A DNA stretch of 64,000 nucleotides from Octopus sinensis. Its lineage: Eukaryota. The DNA lies in NCBI RefSeq assembly GCF_006345805.1, contig NC_043013.1, forward strand, positions 24,552,001-24,616,000, read 5' to 3'. The notes below the pieces were generated by a model. It was given only the letters and a program-made list of their open reading frames with translations. It was not told the DNA's origin and did not search any database. Within the stretch, counting starts at the first letter, position 1. Each line of letters opens with the position of its first letter. The position numbers and the translations under genes were made by a program. Positions 26,520-39,810 of this stretch are shown here, in pieces.

Positions 26520-28160
26520 ACTAACTGTTACTTTCTTAGATGCAGCACGAAGTTTTGTCAGTGAACAGTTCGCGTTCTCAAAGAAACGTAATTCCGGCAA
26601 TAAACTCGCGCGCAGCCACAGTAGTTCGGTATGGCACTGGAATCCTGAAGTGAGCAGAGGAGGATCTAAAGGAAATGGACAGGAAGTCAAGAAAGCTCCT
26701 AATGATGGATAGAACCCATCATCCATGTGCAGATACTGATTGTCTATACATGATGAGAGCAATGTGAAGAATGATAAATGTGGAAGACTGCATACATATC
26801 GAACTTGTGAGTTTAATGGAATCCACCCAAAGTAAGGAAACCCTGCTAGATTCAATTAGGAATAAGGAAGTACTGATAGCTGAGAAAAAAGGAAAAACAA
26901 AGGAAGAAGTACAAAAAGGACATGAAGAATTACGCGACAAGGGGCTACGCAATCAATTCCATGTAACCACAACAGAAGTTGCCGAAAACCATAGGTGGGA
27001 TTGGCTGAAGAAAGGAACACTAAAAAAAGAGACCGAGAACACTATACTGGCAGCGCAAGATCAAGCTTTGACCACGAACTGGAGGGTCATTATGAATGAG
27101 CAAATGTCTCTGCTGTGGCGCATCTTTAATACAGCAGACGAAACCATTACCCATACCACGTACGAATGTCCTAGACTTGCCCAAAATCATTACAAGTTAT
27201 GGCGACAAGATCAGGTAGCGAAAGTGCTACATTGGAAACTTTGCAAAAAGTGGGGGCTAGAGAGAGAGAGAGAGAAACAAGATGTTGTATGAGGACAAAC
27301 CGCAAAGAGTGACAGAGTCGGAGACTAGAAAAATCGTCTGGGATTTCCCAGTCCAAACAAATCAGCTGATAGAGCATAACAGACCGGACCTGGTGGAGGT
27401 GAACAAGATGCACCACATGTGCTATATAGTTGATGTTTCGTACCCCTTTGATCCACGAATAGTCAAGAAGGAAGGCAAAAAAATAAATACAACCCTCTTA
27501 AATACGAATTAGCTCGGCTATGGAAAATGAAGAAGATGAAGATAATGCCAATTATTGTTGAGTCCTTGAGGACAGTATCATAAAGCATCAAGGGGAATAT
27601 AAAGAAAATTCGAATAGAGTGCCCGGTAGAAGTGTTACAAAAGGTTTGCATGTTTGGCACGACCAGAATAATCAGGAAACTCTTTACTTGTTTCCGTCAT
27701 TTGACTGCGGCCATGCTGGAGCACCGTCTTTAGTCGAGTAAATCGACTCCAGGACTTATTCTTTATAAGCCTAGTACTTATTCTATCGGTTACTTTTGCC
27801 GAACAGCTAAGTTACGGGGACGTAAACACACCAGCATCGGTTGTCAAGCGATGTTGGGGGGACAAACACACACACACATATATACATACATATGCATATA
27901 TATGACGGGCTTCTTTCAGTTTCCGCCTACCAAATCCACTCACAAGGCTTTGGTTGGCCCGAGGCTATAGTGGAAGACACTTGCCCGAGGTGCTACGCAG
28001 TGGGACTGAACCCGGAACCATGTGGTTGGTATGCAAGCTACTTACCACACAGCCAATCCTGTATTAGATAGGAGAAAAGAAGGAATAGCATCGTACTGCA
28101 GGCTGCGGGTAACAAGCCCGCTACGCATGCAAGATCCCAGGAGTCCCAACAAAACCTGTG
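26520..28160 (+). mobile_element. R4/Dong-type LINE 3' fragment interrupted by a SINE
   Basis: WDWLKKGTLKKETENTILAAQDQAL, HTTYECPRLAQNHY, IVWDFPVQTNQLIEHNRPDLV; probable 3' UTR resumes at ~28062 and ends in (GAT/AAT)n. Confidence 0.85.
27680..28061 (-). mobile_element. tRNA-derived CORE-like SINE with CR1-like tail
   Basis: Reverse complement of the 60023 family (TGGCTGTGTGGTAAG..GGTTCAGTCCC..GGGCAAGTGTCTT..GCATGGCCGCAGTCAAATGAC). Partial copies at 29600-29712, 29925-30157, 32005-32370, 60680-60835, 61180-61350 and 62768-62886. Confidence 0.88.
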
Positions 28161-28529
28161 ATGATGATAATAATATAATAATAATAATAATAATAATAAA
28201 TAAAAAATAATAATATAATAATAATAATAATAATAATAATGATAATATTTTATAGAACTGAGGTAATCCCAGTAGGAATACAGAAGCCAAAAACATAGTG
28301 CCATAGTTATCAAGTGAACGATATTTCGGCATCTAGTGTGCCTTCCACAGGTCAAAAAATAAACTTGTCAATCTACTCCTCTTCATTTTTGGTATATTTG
28401 ATAGGATTGAGGTATTCCTCCAGAAGGTATACAGAAGCAAATAAATGCTAATATTAATACTAGTACTAATACTAATACTACTACTACTAACTAATAATAA
28501 TAATGATGATGATGATAATGATAATAATA

Positions 28530-29035
28530 ATTGGAAGTGTTATCATGTATATTGTTTTGTCTTGGTATAAAAGATGGGTTACAGCAAATATTCTGCTCAA
28601 TACCACAGATTTGCTTGTCAGTTGTTTGACCGTAACCAGTTGAGCATGTCCCTTAGTGGCTGATGATATGTGCATCTCTTATCACGAGCAGAAGTAGTGG
28701 GGGGAGCATCATAGCCATGTGTTGAGAAGGATTCTTTGGGGTTTGGATAATTCACCTTTGGAAACATGGGTGGTTCGTTTAACATCCTTAAACTATCCTT
28801 ATTCAGGGACCTTTTGATCGGGGTGGTCTACTCGACCAGAAGAAAATTCTAACTGGGCCCCGCCTGCAAAGTCATGTACTGTTTATCTCGATATGAGATC
28901 ACCATGTCGCGCACATATGGTTATGATGCATGTGTCTGGTGTACCCTTATCAGACGGGGAGTCATGATAGGTATACTGGGCTTCGTAAATTCTACCCCAG
29001 TGTCACTTTGATGGCATGCACTGCTCTCTCACAAC
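28530..29035 (+). mobile_element. Second copy of the (AAT)n-associated retroelement 3' end
   Basis: Colinear with 21520-21957. Confidence 0.75.
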
Positions 29036-29074
29036 AATAACAACAATAATAATAATAAGAAGAACATCATTACG

Positions 29075-29225
29075 GAGATGTACTTGCATAGCAAGTGACC
29101 TGATCTGAGATCGTGTGCTGGAACGAAAATAATTACAGCGTAGAAGGTGTTGAGTTATTTAAGAAACACACAAAAACCGTTAGATTCAATTCAACATTTA
29201 AATTTAATTTGCCAAAGTATTTCCA
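29075..29225. mobile_element. Penelope-type terminal repeat fragment (same family as 40557-40710)
   Basis: Shared ATTTAAGAAACACACAAAA(A)CCGTTAGATTCA.TTCAACATTTAAATT; truncated at the position of the hammerhead-like motif seen in the other copy. Confidence 0.6.
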
Positions 29226-29269
29226 ATAAGCTTGAAGTTGTATGACACGCCAATATGCATGATAGAGAA

Positions 29270-29598
29270 CCACTTCATAAGTTCCCAAATACAATCCAAA
29301 ATAGAAAACAATTAAAATCGGAAACTATGTAACAAAGGAAATTATACAAGGACTAAAACCAGATCTCACTGAATTAAATGAAATTATTTACGCAGCTGCT
29401 AAGACAATTGAAACCAGTTGTATACCTCTGAAAAAACAAAGGAATACACACCTGAGAAGAATTCCAAACTGGAAAAGTAAAATTGAAAAAGAAATTGAAA
29501 TAATGAGAGGTGAAATATCAAGACTGAATTAACCAATCTGTGGAAACAATGTAAAAACCAGAAAAGGAAGAAAGATAAAGAGAAAACATAGACTCTTA
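29270..29598 (+). mobile_element. R4/Dong-type LINE N-terminal fragment
   Basis: DLTELNEIIYAAA and WKSKIEKEIEIMRGEIS resemble the pre-RT region of this clade. Confidence 0.55.
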
Positions 29599-30187
29599 CC
29601 AAATCCACTCACAAGGCTTTGGTCTGCTCGAGGCTATTGTAGAAGACACTTGTCCAAGGTGTCACGCAGTGGGACTGAACCCAGAACCATGGGGTTGGGA
29701 AGTTAGCTTTTTAACACACACACACACACACGCGCGCGCAGGCGCACAAACAAACACACACGTATATAAGTTCCTTGCTACTGCTACCATAGTTGGAAAA
29801 AAGATTTTCTGAAATTTGAAATTAAAACAATTATGAAGGCCTTGCATTTCGTCTGCGTTGTTCTTTTCTGTTTAATATTTTTTGTACATAATTGATCATT
29901 CTTAATTTAGGAAAAAGAAAAGATGTTTGCTTCCCAGCCACAAGCGTCTTCTACTATAGCGTCAAACGGACCAAAGCGTTGTGAGTAGATTTAGTAGAGA
30001 GAAACTAGAAGCCCATCGTATGTGTGTTTGTGTGTAACTGGTGTTAGTGCCTTTACGACCCCGTAACTTAGCGGTTCGGCAAAAGAAACTGATAGAGTAA
30101 ACACCAGTCTTTAATAAAAATAAGTACTGGGATCGATTCGTTGGACTAAAATTCTTCATGTATATGTCTATGTATAGCTACGCACAT

Positions 30188-30512
30188 GAATCAGTGGTTA
30201 GAACGTCGAGCTTACGATCGTGAGGTTGTGAGCTCGAATCCCGGAGCGGGCTGTGTGTTGTGTTCTTGAGCAAGACACTTTATTTCACGTTGCTCCAGTA
30301 AACTCAGCTGTAGAAATGAGTTGCGACGTCACTGGTGCCAAGCTGTATCGGCTCCTTTGCTTTTCCCTTGGACAACACTGGTGGTGTGGAGAGGGGAGGC
30401 CGGTATGCATGGGTGACTGCTGGTCTCCCATAAAACAACCTAGCCCGGACTTGTGCCTGGGAGGGTAACTTTCTAGGTGCAATCCCATGGCCAGTCGTGA
30501 CCGAAGGGGTCT
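30188..30512 (+). mobile_element. tRNA-derived SINE (third family)
   Basis: TCAGTGGTTAGAACG (A box), GAGCTCGAATCCC (B-box-like) and TGTGTTCTTGAGCAAGACACTT core; flanked by repeated ATAGCTACGCACAT at ~30174 and ~30516. Confidence 0.75.
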
Positions 30513-31069
30513 CAGATAGCTACGCACATACACAAACTCATATATATAGGTGTATATATCTTAATTTACATCTAAAAGTTCATCTTGTGCGGTCTAGTTT
30601 GCAATACAATCTCTTAGTGTTTTAAAAACTGTGCGTTACTTTTTATGAAAGTGATTATTATTATGACCTTCTTGTTATCTACATTAAAGTGATACGAGGC
30701 CAAATGTTCGAATATACTCCATTAATTCTTATTAGAAGTAAACATTTTTAAAAAAGGAGCCTAATTTTACATGCCTAATACACTAATACACAATATCATC
30801 AGCAATGCTTGCTTTAGTATATAGTTTATTCAGCGGAAGAAGGGAAGCATCGATGGCTTTTGTGAAGGGCTTCCCATAGGTGGGGTGGGGCAAAAACTTT
30901 GTCTAAAGATTTTCATCTGATCAGAGATTGATAATTTGTTAAAAGCATTCAAATGCCAGGGAACAGATTTAAAGTGAGCCACTGACTGATTAAATCTTGT
31001 CACCCAAAATTTTCAGTTTTTATGCTTTTCTTTTAATTGAGCAATCTATTTAATTACTACACACACACA

Positions 31070-31108
<39 letters not shown>

Positions 31109-31291
31109 AAACCCGTGACTAAAATGATTTTCCGTTTTTATTTTTTGTTTTTGCGATTACTGATAAACTAGTAATTTAGCTAATTACACGTGCCACTTTT
31201 TAAAAATCGTTTTGTTGCGAGAAGGCAGCAAATTAAAAGCAATGAATTTGTGTAAGTTTTATGAAGAACACTAAAAATGTTTAGCATTTAC

Positions 31292-31349
31292 CTGAGACGA
31301 AAGTTAAGAGCCACCCCGTGAAGCACACAATTCCATTGGTTCTACTCAT
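31292..31349 (-). CDS. Candidate first coding exon (signal peptide) of the nAChR-like gene
   Basis: ATG..TCAG|GTaaat, 58 nt, translates MSRTNGIVCFTGWLLTFVS plus one G. The phase-1 end matches the phase-1 start of exon 10818-10963, giving MSRTNGIVCFTGWLLTFVSVCCCGRIPDEQRLY. Confidence 0.7.
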
Positions 31350-32639
31350 GATTGGTAAGTTTCCTTCAAATAGAAAAATATTTCAAACATTAATTTTAGT
31401 GAAAATATAAAAGCGACAAATTTTAAATATTTTAAAATTGAATTTACTTAAAATCTCTCTTTAACATTGACATTACTGTTTTAATTATTTAATACAAAAA
31501 TAGCTTTTAAAAACCGCAATAAAATGTATTTGAAAGAATTGAAAACAGGAAATTTCCTAAAGAAAAATCATCAATGAATAAAATGTATTCTATAAAATTT
31601 GTGAAAACAATGTTTTCTTTCGATAAAAACAGTGCAAAACTTTTAAAATTAACTGACATCGTACATCCATGTCAGCACACAATTAAAGTGTCTCATCTGA
31701 ATTTAATAACGATTTGGAATTGGCTCTCAAACACATAACGTCGATTCATTTCCCTCCAACCCTCGACTCATCACTTAACGATCTTTCGCTCTTACATCTC
31801 TATATTAACAAATTGCCACACCAATATGTGTCCCAAATTTTGGCACAGACCTCAATCAAATCCACAGACAATGAAGGAACCTCTATAGAGCCGTTTATAC
31901 CTGCAACAAATAACAGCCAAATTTTCGTTAAATTATTCCTTACCAACTTCGAAAAAAACAATGTATCATTGGATACTCTTTATCTTTTATCTGTTCCAGG
32001 CATCAGGCGACGGTCATGCTGGGGCCGCCTTGAAAGGTTTAGCCGAATAAATCGACACAAGTATGTTTTTTCCTAAGCCAAACCTCATGAGGACGTAAAC
32101 AAACCAAAACCAGTTGTCAAGCGATGGTGAGGGACAAACGCAAAAATGCTCCCACACACACGCGCACATAATACCCCACCCCCACCACCCCCACCACTCT
32201 GTAATATATATGTGACGGCTTTCTTTCAGTTTCTGACTACCAAATCCACCCACAAGGCTTTGGTCGATCCAGGGCAAGAGCAGAAGACACTTGCCCAAAG
32301 CACCACAGAATGAGACTGAACTCGGAATATTGTGGTTGAGAAACACGCTCGTTACTACACTGTCACGCCTGATAATGTATTATTAGACAATGTAATCGAA
32401 AGGCTGTGGTTAAGTATGTTAGTTTACTCAGAACTTGCGCTGGTGTTAAAATAGATCTGGTTCTGGATAGAATCTGAGAATCAAATGGAATAATCCTGGA
32501 TAGAAACACGTTGATTATGTACGTGATCGGTCAGATCTGATCAATAAGCAACAAGAACACTTAATACTTTCATCTCCTGCCAGTCATGCAGGTTCACTTC
32601 AAATAGAACATCGACAACTGAGTCATTCAACATCATCAA

Positions 32640-32945
32640 AAATACAGACATTGCACATTGAATATGTAACAAAGCTAAACCAGGGGAAAAAGTAGGCCCC
32701 AGAAGGTTGTTATGCATCTCGTACGCATATCACATGACAAAGTAGGACACCAAATACGCTGGCAGGCAAAATCTACTACTAGCTACAGTGGAGGCCTAAA
32801 TCTCTCCTAGTATGGACATACATTCCAAAATGACTCCTTGTTTAAAACTATCCTCCAGGGTACAGTTGAAAAGGGCTAAGAAAAGGCAGGTAAAGAAAAT
32901 CCTAGTCTTCTGCATGTGACAGAGGACAGAGAGCAATGTTTGTGA
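32640..32945 (+). mobile_element. RTE-type LINE 3' fragment
   Basis: RRLLCISY..HIT, YGH..NDSLFKTILQGTVE..KGR. Confidence 0.65.
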
Positions 32946-33355
32946 TTACGTATTTTTTCTCTTCTTGGTTGGAGTTTTAGAGTTTATTTTGCACCTGGTT
33001 CCTGTTGGGGGAAAAGGAATATCATTAATATCTTAAAGAAAAAGAGTATCGTTCTTTACGACACTCTTTACATAACCGTTCATCAGTTGAACTTTTAGAA
33101 GGCTGTTCAATTTTTTTATTTTTTAAATATTTTTCCGCCGATGTGATCAACAGTTTTAGCATGAGATTGGTTAATCTTTTCTCCTCTATTGCATGCAATA
33201 GGCTTGATAATTGTTAAGAAATATACCTCTCTTAAGATGAAACCAATGGCAGCCTGGTTACTCCACAAATGAAGAATATTTATCCTCCGCCAATGTAGTG
33301 TTTAGCACTCATTCTCGCTATTTGGCATTGACGTGTGTGTGTGTATGCATGCGTG

Positions 33356-33393
<38 letters not shown>

Positions 33394-33410
33394 ATATGTA
33401 TGTATAATGG

Positions 33411-33447
<37 letters not shown>

Positions 33448-33449
<2 letters not shown>

Positions 33450-33777
33450 AGAGTAGTTGTGTACTGTCAACTTAATGTGACAGTCCCATGAAGGGATCAC
33501 ATCAATGCTATTTAGCTCTAGGAAGCATCAACACTTCCTGTCGGCCTTGACACATTTCCTGTGTCCTTATGTTTACAAGGGGAACATAAGCACCCCCACC
33601 CAGCTAAGCCTGCAATCAGAGACTAGTTTCTGAGTCTTTGCTCGTCATCAGTCTGGAGTAGCATGTCCTGCTAGTTGGAGATGCTTGTCTAACCCTTGTA
33701 AACATATAAGAATTCTAGTGAAATAAATCCACTGATTACAAGGGTTAGACATGTTTGCAGTGATGCAACTACTCTAT
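33448..33777. mobile_element. Small self-complementary element with a central hammerhead motif
   Basis: Terminal IR ATAGAGTAGTTG / CAACTACTCTAT; inner IR TATGTTTACAAGGG / CCCTTGTAAACATA; adjacent to (TA)n. Confidence 0.7.
33617..33655 (-). ncRNA. Minimal type I hammerhead ribozyme motif
   Basis: caga CTGATGA c-gag caaaga ctc-a GAAAC ta GTC tctg: canonical core, stem I caga/tctg, palindromic ACTAGT stem III; the first stem II pair is mismatched. Confidence 0.7.
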
Positions 33778-34578
33778 CGTACCATTACTGCTTATATCAC
33801 TCTGAGATATCTAGAAATATATTTCTATATAATTTATGTTGTATCATTTTGACATAGAATCATATCAAAGTTGAATGATGACGATAAAAACATCAGTTTG
33901 TTTACGTTTTCATCGTTTTTCCGCAATGCCAAATTTTGGCTGGCTTTGGTTGTCTTCATAAAGTCGACTAAGATCACAAGAGGTTGAATAACAATTGTTA
34001 AAACCGTATTCATTATTTATTTATTTTGGCGGGTTGTGGTGGTGGGACGTCAATGAAAGATGCCTGTTGTCAGAGCTATTTAAACTACTCTGATATACCT
34101 ACGCATATATGTATGTATGTAAGTACCTATTAATTTATTTATTTATCTATCTGTCTGTCTGTCAGTGCATCTGTCTGTTTCTTTCTGTGTGTCTCTCTCT
34201 CACAGTTCTATGTGTGTGTGTGTGTGTATATGTGCGTGTATGTGTGCGTGCGCACAGTTGTATGACTGCTACGGTTAATTTTATAGCTCCACAACATAGA
34301 TTATCATCGTTCAGTCTGCTTCCAGTAGAGTGCTTAAGTTACTACTATATTTAGCAGTATTTATTATTGGTTATGATATACTGAGCAAATGTGGTTGTAT
34401 TTATATAGCTTAGTAGTTTGTGTGATAAACTACTATATCTTTTTAATATTTATTATTAGTTATGATATACTCTGAGCAAATGTGGTAGAAATTATGATAA
34501 TCACAAGTTTATCAAATGATATAAACTTGTGTTCTTCAGAATTTCTGATATGTATAAGAAAATATAAATATGTGTGGT

Positions 34579-34643
<65 letters not shown>

Positions 34644-35304
34644 TTGTATATAATTTTAAACCGGTTTCAAACTAATTGCAACAATTTCTTTATGTTATCA
34701 TTATATAAGACACCATTTTGAATGAGTGTAGGGAAGAAAATAACTAGTTATTGACGACACCACTGGAGACCAATAAAAACTATGCGAATTCTTGGAGAAG
34801 GAACATTGCTCCATACGTCAAACGCTGCAGATTATTATGTTATCTATGGAAATAAAAATACGCAAGACTTTCTGAAAATGTAAAGGTCAAACCGTTACGC
34901 AAACTTGAAGAAAATAACAAATACATATTTTTAAAGAGAGCCATTCATTCACAACTTAACTACCGAAAAGAAAAACAGGAAAAAAGAACAAAGAGTAAAA
35001 CGTCCGTCAGGAAAAGAAAATACACAGATACATACATGCACATATACATACACACATAAATACGTTCATGCATATACACATACATACGTTCATGTGTATA
35101 CACATATATACGTGCACATACACACACACATACATACATACATACATACATACATACATACATACATACATACATGCATACATACACACATACATACGTT
35201 CATGCGTATACACATATATATGTACACATACACAAATACACACGTACATACATGCGTATACACATACATACACTCATACATACATATACATACATACGTA
35301 TGTA

Positions 35305-35405
35305 CTAAATCCCAAAGATGGAGCCTTGTATCTTTGTTGGAAACCGGCTCCCTCCTCATTGGAATATTTATAATAATTAAAATATAAGAGAGGCATACAT
35401 ACATA
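35305..35405 (+). mobile_element. 3' tip of a (CATA)n-associated retroelement
   Basis: GGAGCCTTG.ATCT..GTT.GAA.CCGG.TC..ATTGG followed by CATACATAC; homologous to 57360-57455. Confidence 0.6.
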
Positions 35406-36109
35406 CGTATACACATACATATATATAAAAGAAAAAAGATTACTGAGAGTTCGTTTTGTCTCGTTAGTTGACGCGTGAGTAATTTCATTTTAAAATCAGT
35501 TGCAAGAGGTCTAGTTGAAAAATTTCTTTATGAAACCCAATTACTGGAATTTAAATGAATTGTTTTATTAATTCAAACTGAATTAATTGTAAATCAATCT
35601 TTCTTTCAACTCCATCTCGATTCAGTTCGATAATGAATCAATTTTTATAAAAGTCAACAGTATTATATTCTCAAGTGTTTTAAGTGAAAAATTATAATTA
35701 ACTCTATTTCCCTTTCAGTTCGTATCTTCTTTTATGAAACTTTTCGTTAATAATGCGTTCTCAGTCAGATAAAAGACCACAATTTTGTCTGGGGGTAGTG
35801 GGAGAGATGCGATCGATTAATTACGTGATCCTGTCTATTTTATCGACCACAAAAGAATGAATGGCTAAGTCAACTTCCGTAGGATTTGAACTCAGATGTA
35901 AAGAGCCGTGACTAAATATTTTTCCCGACGTTTTGCTGACCCAGCTAAACTACCACCCTGATGTTTTCAAAATATTGGCCCCCGTACAAGTCCCTAGTAA
36001 GCATGACATCTTTTATACTTCTACATTCGCTTCTCTCCTCTTCTTACCAAAAATCATTAGACTTGATTTTCTTCACATTATATTCAATTAGAAGCTGTGC
36101 AAAGAAAAA

Positions 36110-36765
36110 AGAATAATAATAGCCTTGGCATAAAAAATGTGTGTGTGTGAGGGGTTACTACTAAAGAAAGGTAGAATTGATAAGATGAAAAGGCAAGTTA
36201 TGGAGGAAAATGACGGCAACGAGTATAAGTACTTAGGTATCCTGGAAACAGAGCAAATGAAAGAGAAGGAAATGAAAGAAATGATATCAAAAGAATATAA
36301 ACGGAGACTGAAGTTGGTGTTAAAGACAAAATTTGAGTGGTTGGAATAAGACACTGGCTGTGAACAGATGGGCCGTTGCAGCTCCCAGGTCTAGTGCTGG
36401 TGTAGTAGAGTGGAGAAGTAATGAACTTAAGGAACTTGATAGAAAGACCAGAAAAAGGATGACACTACAAGGAGCTCTATACCCTAAAGAAGTGACGTGG
36501 ACAGCTAGTAGCTATCACGAAAAGCGAGGAAAATAATCTGGCATAGTATGTAAAGAATTCGAAGGAGAGGTTGATGGAAGGAATATGAAAGGTAAAAAAA
36601 AAAGTCCTAAGCAGTGATGAAGCAAAGGAGAGGGAAGAATTTAAACAAGACAGACAAAATGACATCTTGAATAAATGGAAAGAAAAAACGTAGGGTCAAT
36701 TCTTACGGGAAATGCCTGAAATAGTTGACAAAGATAAGATCTGATAATGGACTAGGAAAAGCAAG
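36110..36765 (+). mobile_element. R4/Dong-type RT C-terminal fragment
   Basis: YKYLGILE..SKEYKRRLKLVLK, NKTLAVNRWAVA, ELKELDRKTRKRMT. Confidence 0.85.
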
Positions 36766-36769
36766 TTTC

Positions 36770-38067
36770 AATCTATTTCTTTGGTAAATCCATGAACTGT
36801 CTTTAGTAGTGTTTCCAGCTGTTTGTCATTTGTAGCCTAAAGTTTTAGGTCATCCATATATAAAAGGTGGCTGATCGTTTTGCCGTAACATTTATATCCA
36901 CATCCAGTTCTATTTAGCATATCCGAAAGAGGTGACAGTGCCAAGCAGAAAAGGAGCGGAGAGAGCGTGTCTCCTTGGAATATTCCTCTTCTAATGGGGA
37001 TGGCTTTGGTTTTCACAAGTACCTCATTTGTTTGGAGCTGTAGCACTGTCTGCCATTTATTCATAGAGTGTCCTATGTATTTTATAATTGTTGGTGCAAC
37101 TTTGTTAATGGCTAGTGTTTCGAGAATCCATGTGTAGGGGATGCTATCAAACGCCTTTTTGTAGTCGATCCAGGCCATACTGTGGCCTTTCTTCTTTCTG
37201 TGGCTGTCTTCAGTTATGGCTTTATTGATCATTAGTTGATCTTTACAGTCATATGAGTCTTTGCGGCATCCTTTCTGCTCTTCTGGAAACATGTTGTTTT
37301 CGTCCAGGTGCTTGTTCAATCTTTGTGATATTACAGCAGTAAATGCTTTGTACATTGTAGGGAGACAGGTTATAGGTCTGTAGTTTTCTGGTTTTGCTGT
37401 CTCATTGGATTTGGGAATTAAGATGGTTTTTCCCCTTCGTGAGCCATTCAAGCATTGTCTCTGGTTCTGCCAGTATGTTGTTAAAGTTTTCAGCCAGCTT
37501 TTTGCGCATTCCTGTTAGATATTTCAACCAGAAGTTGGGGATCTTGTCATGCCCAGGTGCCTTCTAGTTGCTTAGTCTTGCAGTGCCTGGGTGACCTCTT
37601 CAGTTGATATGGGGGTCCAAAGTTGCTCAGATGCTGAGTTTTTACTGCTTCAGTGTTTGTATTATTTGACATTGTTGTGTGGCTTCTATCTACATTTTAC
37701 TGATGTATTTTTTTTTAAATGTTCTATTTCTATTTCTGATAATTTTTTTGCGTTGAGAATATATCTTGGTACGTTAGCTAGTTTATTAGGGTTCATTGTT
37801 GTATCCAGGTCTTTATTTATGTTATTTTTCTTCCATATTTCATATGTAAATGTTGTTGTGTTTTCGTTCTTTGGGTAGAGCACTGCTGTAAAGTAAGCGT
37901 GTAGGATTGAAATGTATTCCTCACGTGTCCATTTATGCCTTTTTGGTATCATTTGCGGGACATGAAGAACAACGTCCGGCCCGTTATTTAGACGGTCGTC
38001 ATTTTCGTAGGGTACCGGTCCGTTCATTTCTGTTGTCACATTGTTTTGCACGTGTAGTTTTTCGTAC

Positions 38068-38070
<3 letters not shown>
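36770..38070 (-). mobile_element. R4/Dong-type LINE 5' half (Myb-like N-terminus plus RT core), internally deleted
   Basis: RHKWTREEY; GKTILIPK, NYRPITCL, EEQKGCR, WIDYKKAFDSI, RGIFQGDTLSPLLF, LYMDDLKL; the 5' end abuts (AAT)n. Confidence 0.92.
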
Positions 38071-38117
<47 letters not shown>

Positions 38118-39578
38118 TATTATTATTATTATTTGACACTATTGCTAAATCTAACGAAAGTAAAATGAGCTGAAAGTGTAGAATTTGAGAAGAAAATAGT
38201 GAAAATAATCTTATAATAGAAATATTTCAGGTATCAATCTACCTCTTCACAAATGTATGTATGTATGTGTCTGTATGAATATATACACACACACATACAT
38301 ACATATAGGCACATAATGCATACATATATACGCAGTACATATATTTATATATACATACATGCATATGTGCATACATACGTACATACATCACACAATCATA
38401 CACGCATAATAGATACATACATACATAAGCTAGGGCTTTCCAAAAAAGTAACCAATCAACTAACTCGCACATTATAAATAGAATCCATAAGTGGAACAGC
38501 AAATATATGCAAAACTTTTCTCAAGTTTAAAATGTGACATTGTTTTTGTTATTTACATTCGCACGATAGAACTTGATATCTTAGTTAAAAACTATTTCCC
38601 TCAGGGGAAGCATTTAAATGATTAACATGCAAATTATAGACAACGAACAAACAAAAAATAATGATTTCTATTATACACTGAATTTAAATTGAATTCATTG
38701 TCTGAACTTCGGATTTACAAATTGGTAGAAAGGGAATTTATAATCTACGTGGATTACTGTTGCATTCACTGGACAGTTTAGTTAACCGAGCGCTTATAAA
38801 GTATACGCTTGGATTCTTTAATACCATTTTTCTTCACTACACACATACACACACACACGTCTTACAAACATGTTAATCAATACCATTTCATCCATCCAAC
38901 TTAATAGATATAGAAATGCTATATATAGTGTTTTTTGTGCCAGTAACTCAGAAAATTTGTCTGTGGCGCTAAAATATAAGATAGTAAAAATAGAAGAAAA
39001 GTATTTGTAAATATAAAATATCAAGAAACGGGAATGGTTCTGACTATTCAACTTGGGAGTGGAAGAGTGGGGGGGAGGACACTGGATTTAGATCAAAGAA
39101 CTAATTAATCGTTTGAAGTATGATTGTATATGATTGCAATGGCTAATGTTAACTGCACACCACATAACGAAGCCCACGCAATAGCTAGACATACTAGAAA
39201 GAGTCACGGCATTCCCTCAAATATATTCCACCGTCGTAAGTAACGAAAGGGCACATTGAAGAATGTAGCCCTACATCCAATTAAAACGAAAAGAGGGCAA
39301 TAGTTGGAACACCTTTAATTTTCAGTTTGCTCGATCAGGCTAACCGAGGTTTAAGTGGCCAAAATAGACCAATGGCTTCAGTGATTACACAATAAACTCG
39401 TGTAAACATAGAAGCAAATTTTGTAAAAATTATCAGAAAATTATATTGATTGCTGAGAAGCTGGTCTTGGGAAAACATGGTTTACTTGTATATTGAACAT
39501 CATGTATTGTGTGAGTGTGTGTGTGTGTGTGTGTATGTGTGTGTGAGTGTGAGTGTGAGTGTGTGTGTGTGTGTGGTG

Positions 39579-39609
<31 letters not shown>

Positions 39610-39610
39610 T

Positions 39611-39650
<40 letters not shown>

Positions 39651-39810
39651 CGTATGCGATGGCTTCTGTTGTGCAGCGTCGATTTTAGCAATTCTGTAAA
39701 TAATAATAATAATCGTATTTTATAAGCTTACAGTTTGTAAGCGATCACCGTGCAATGATTAAAGAATATGGTCTAATAATGGGACATATAAGCCCTCGAC
39801 AGAAAAAAGT

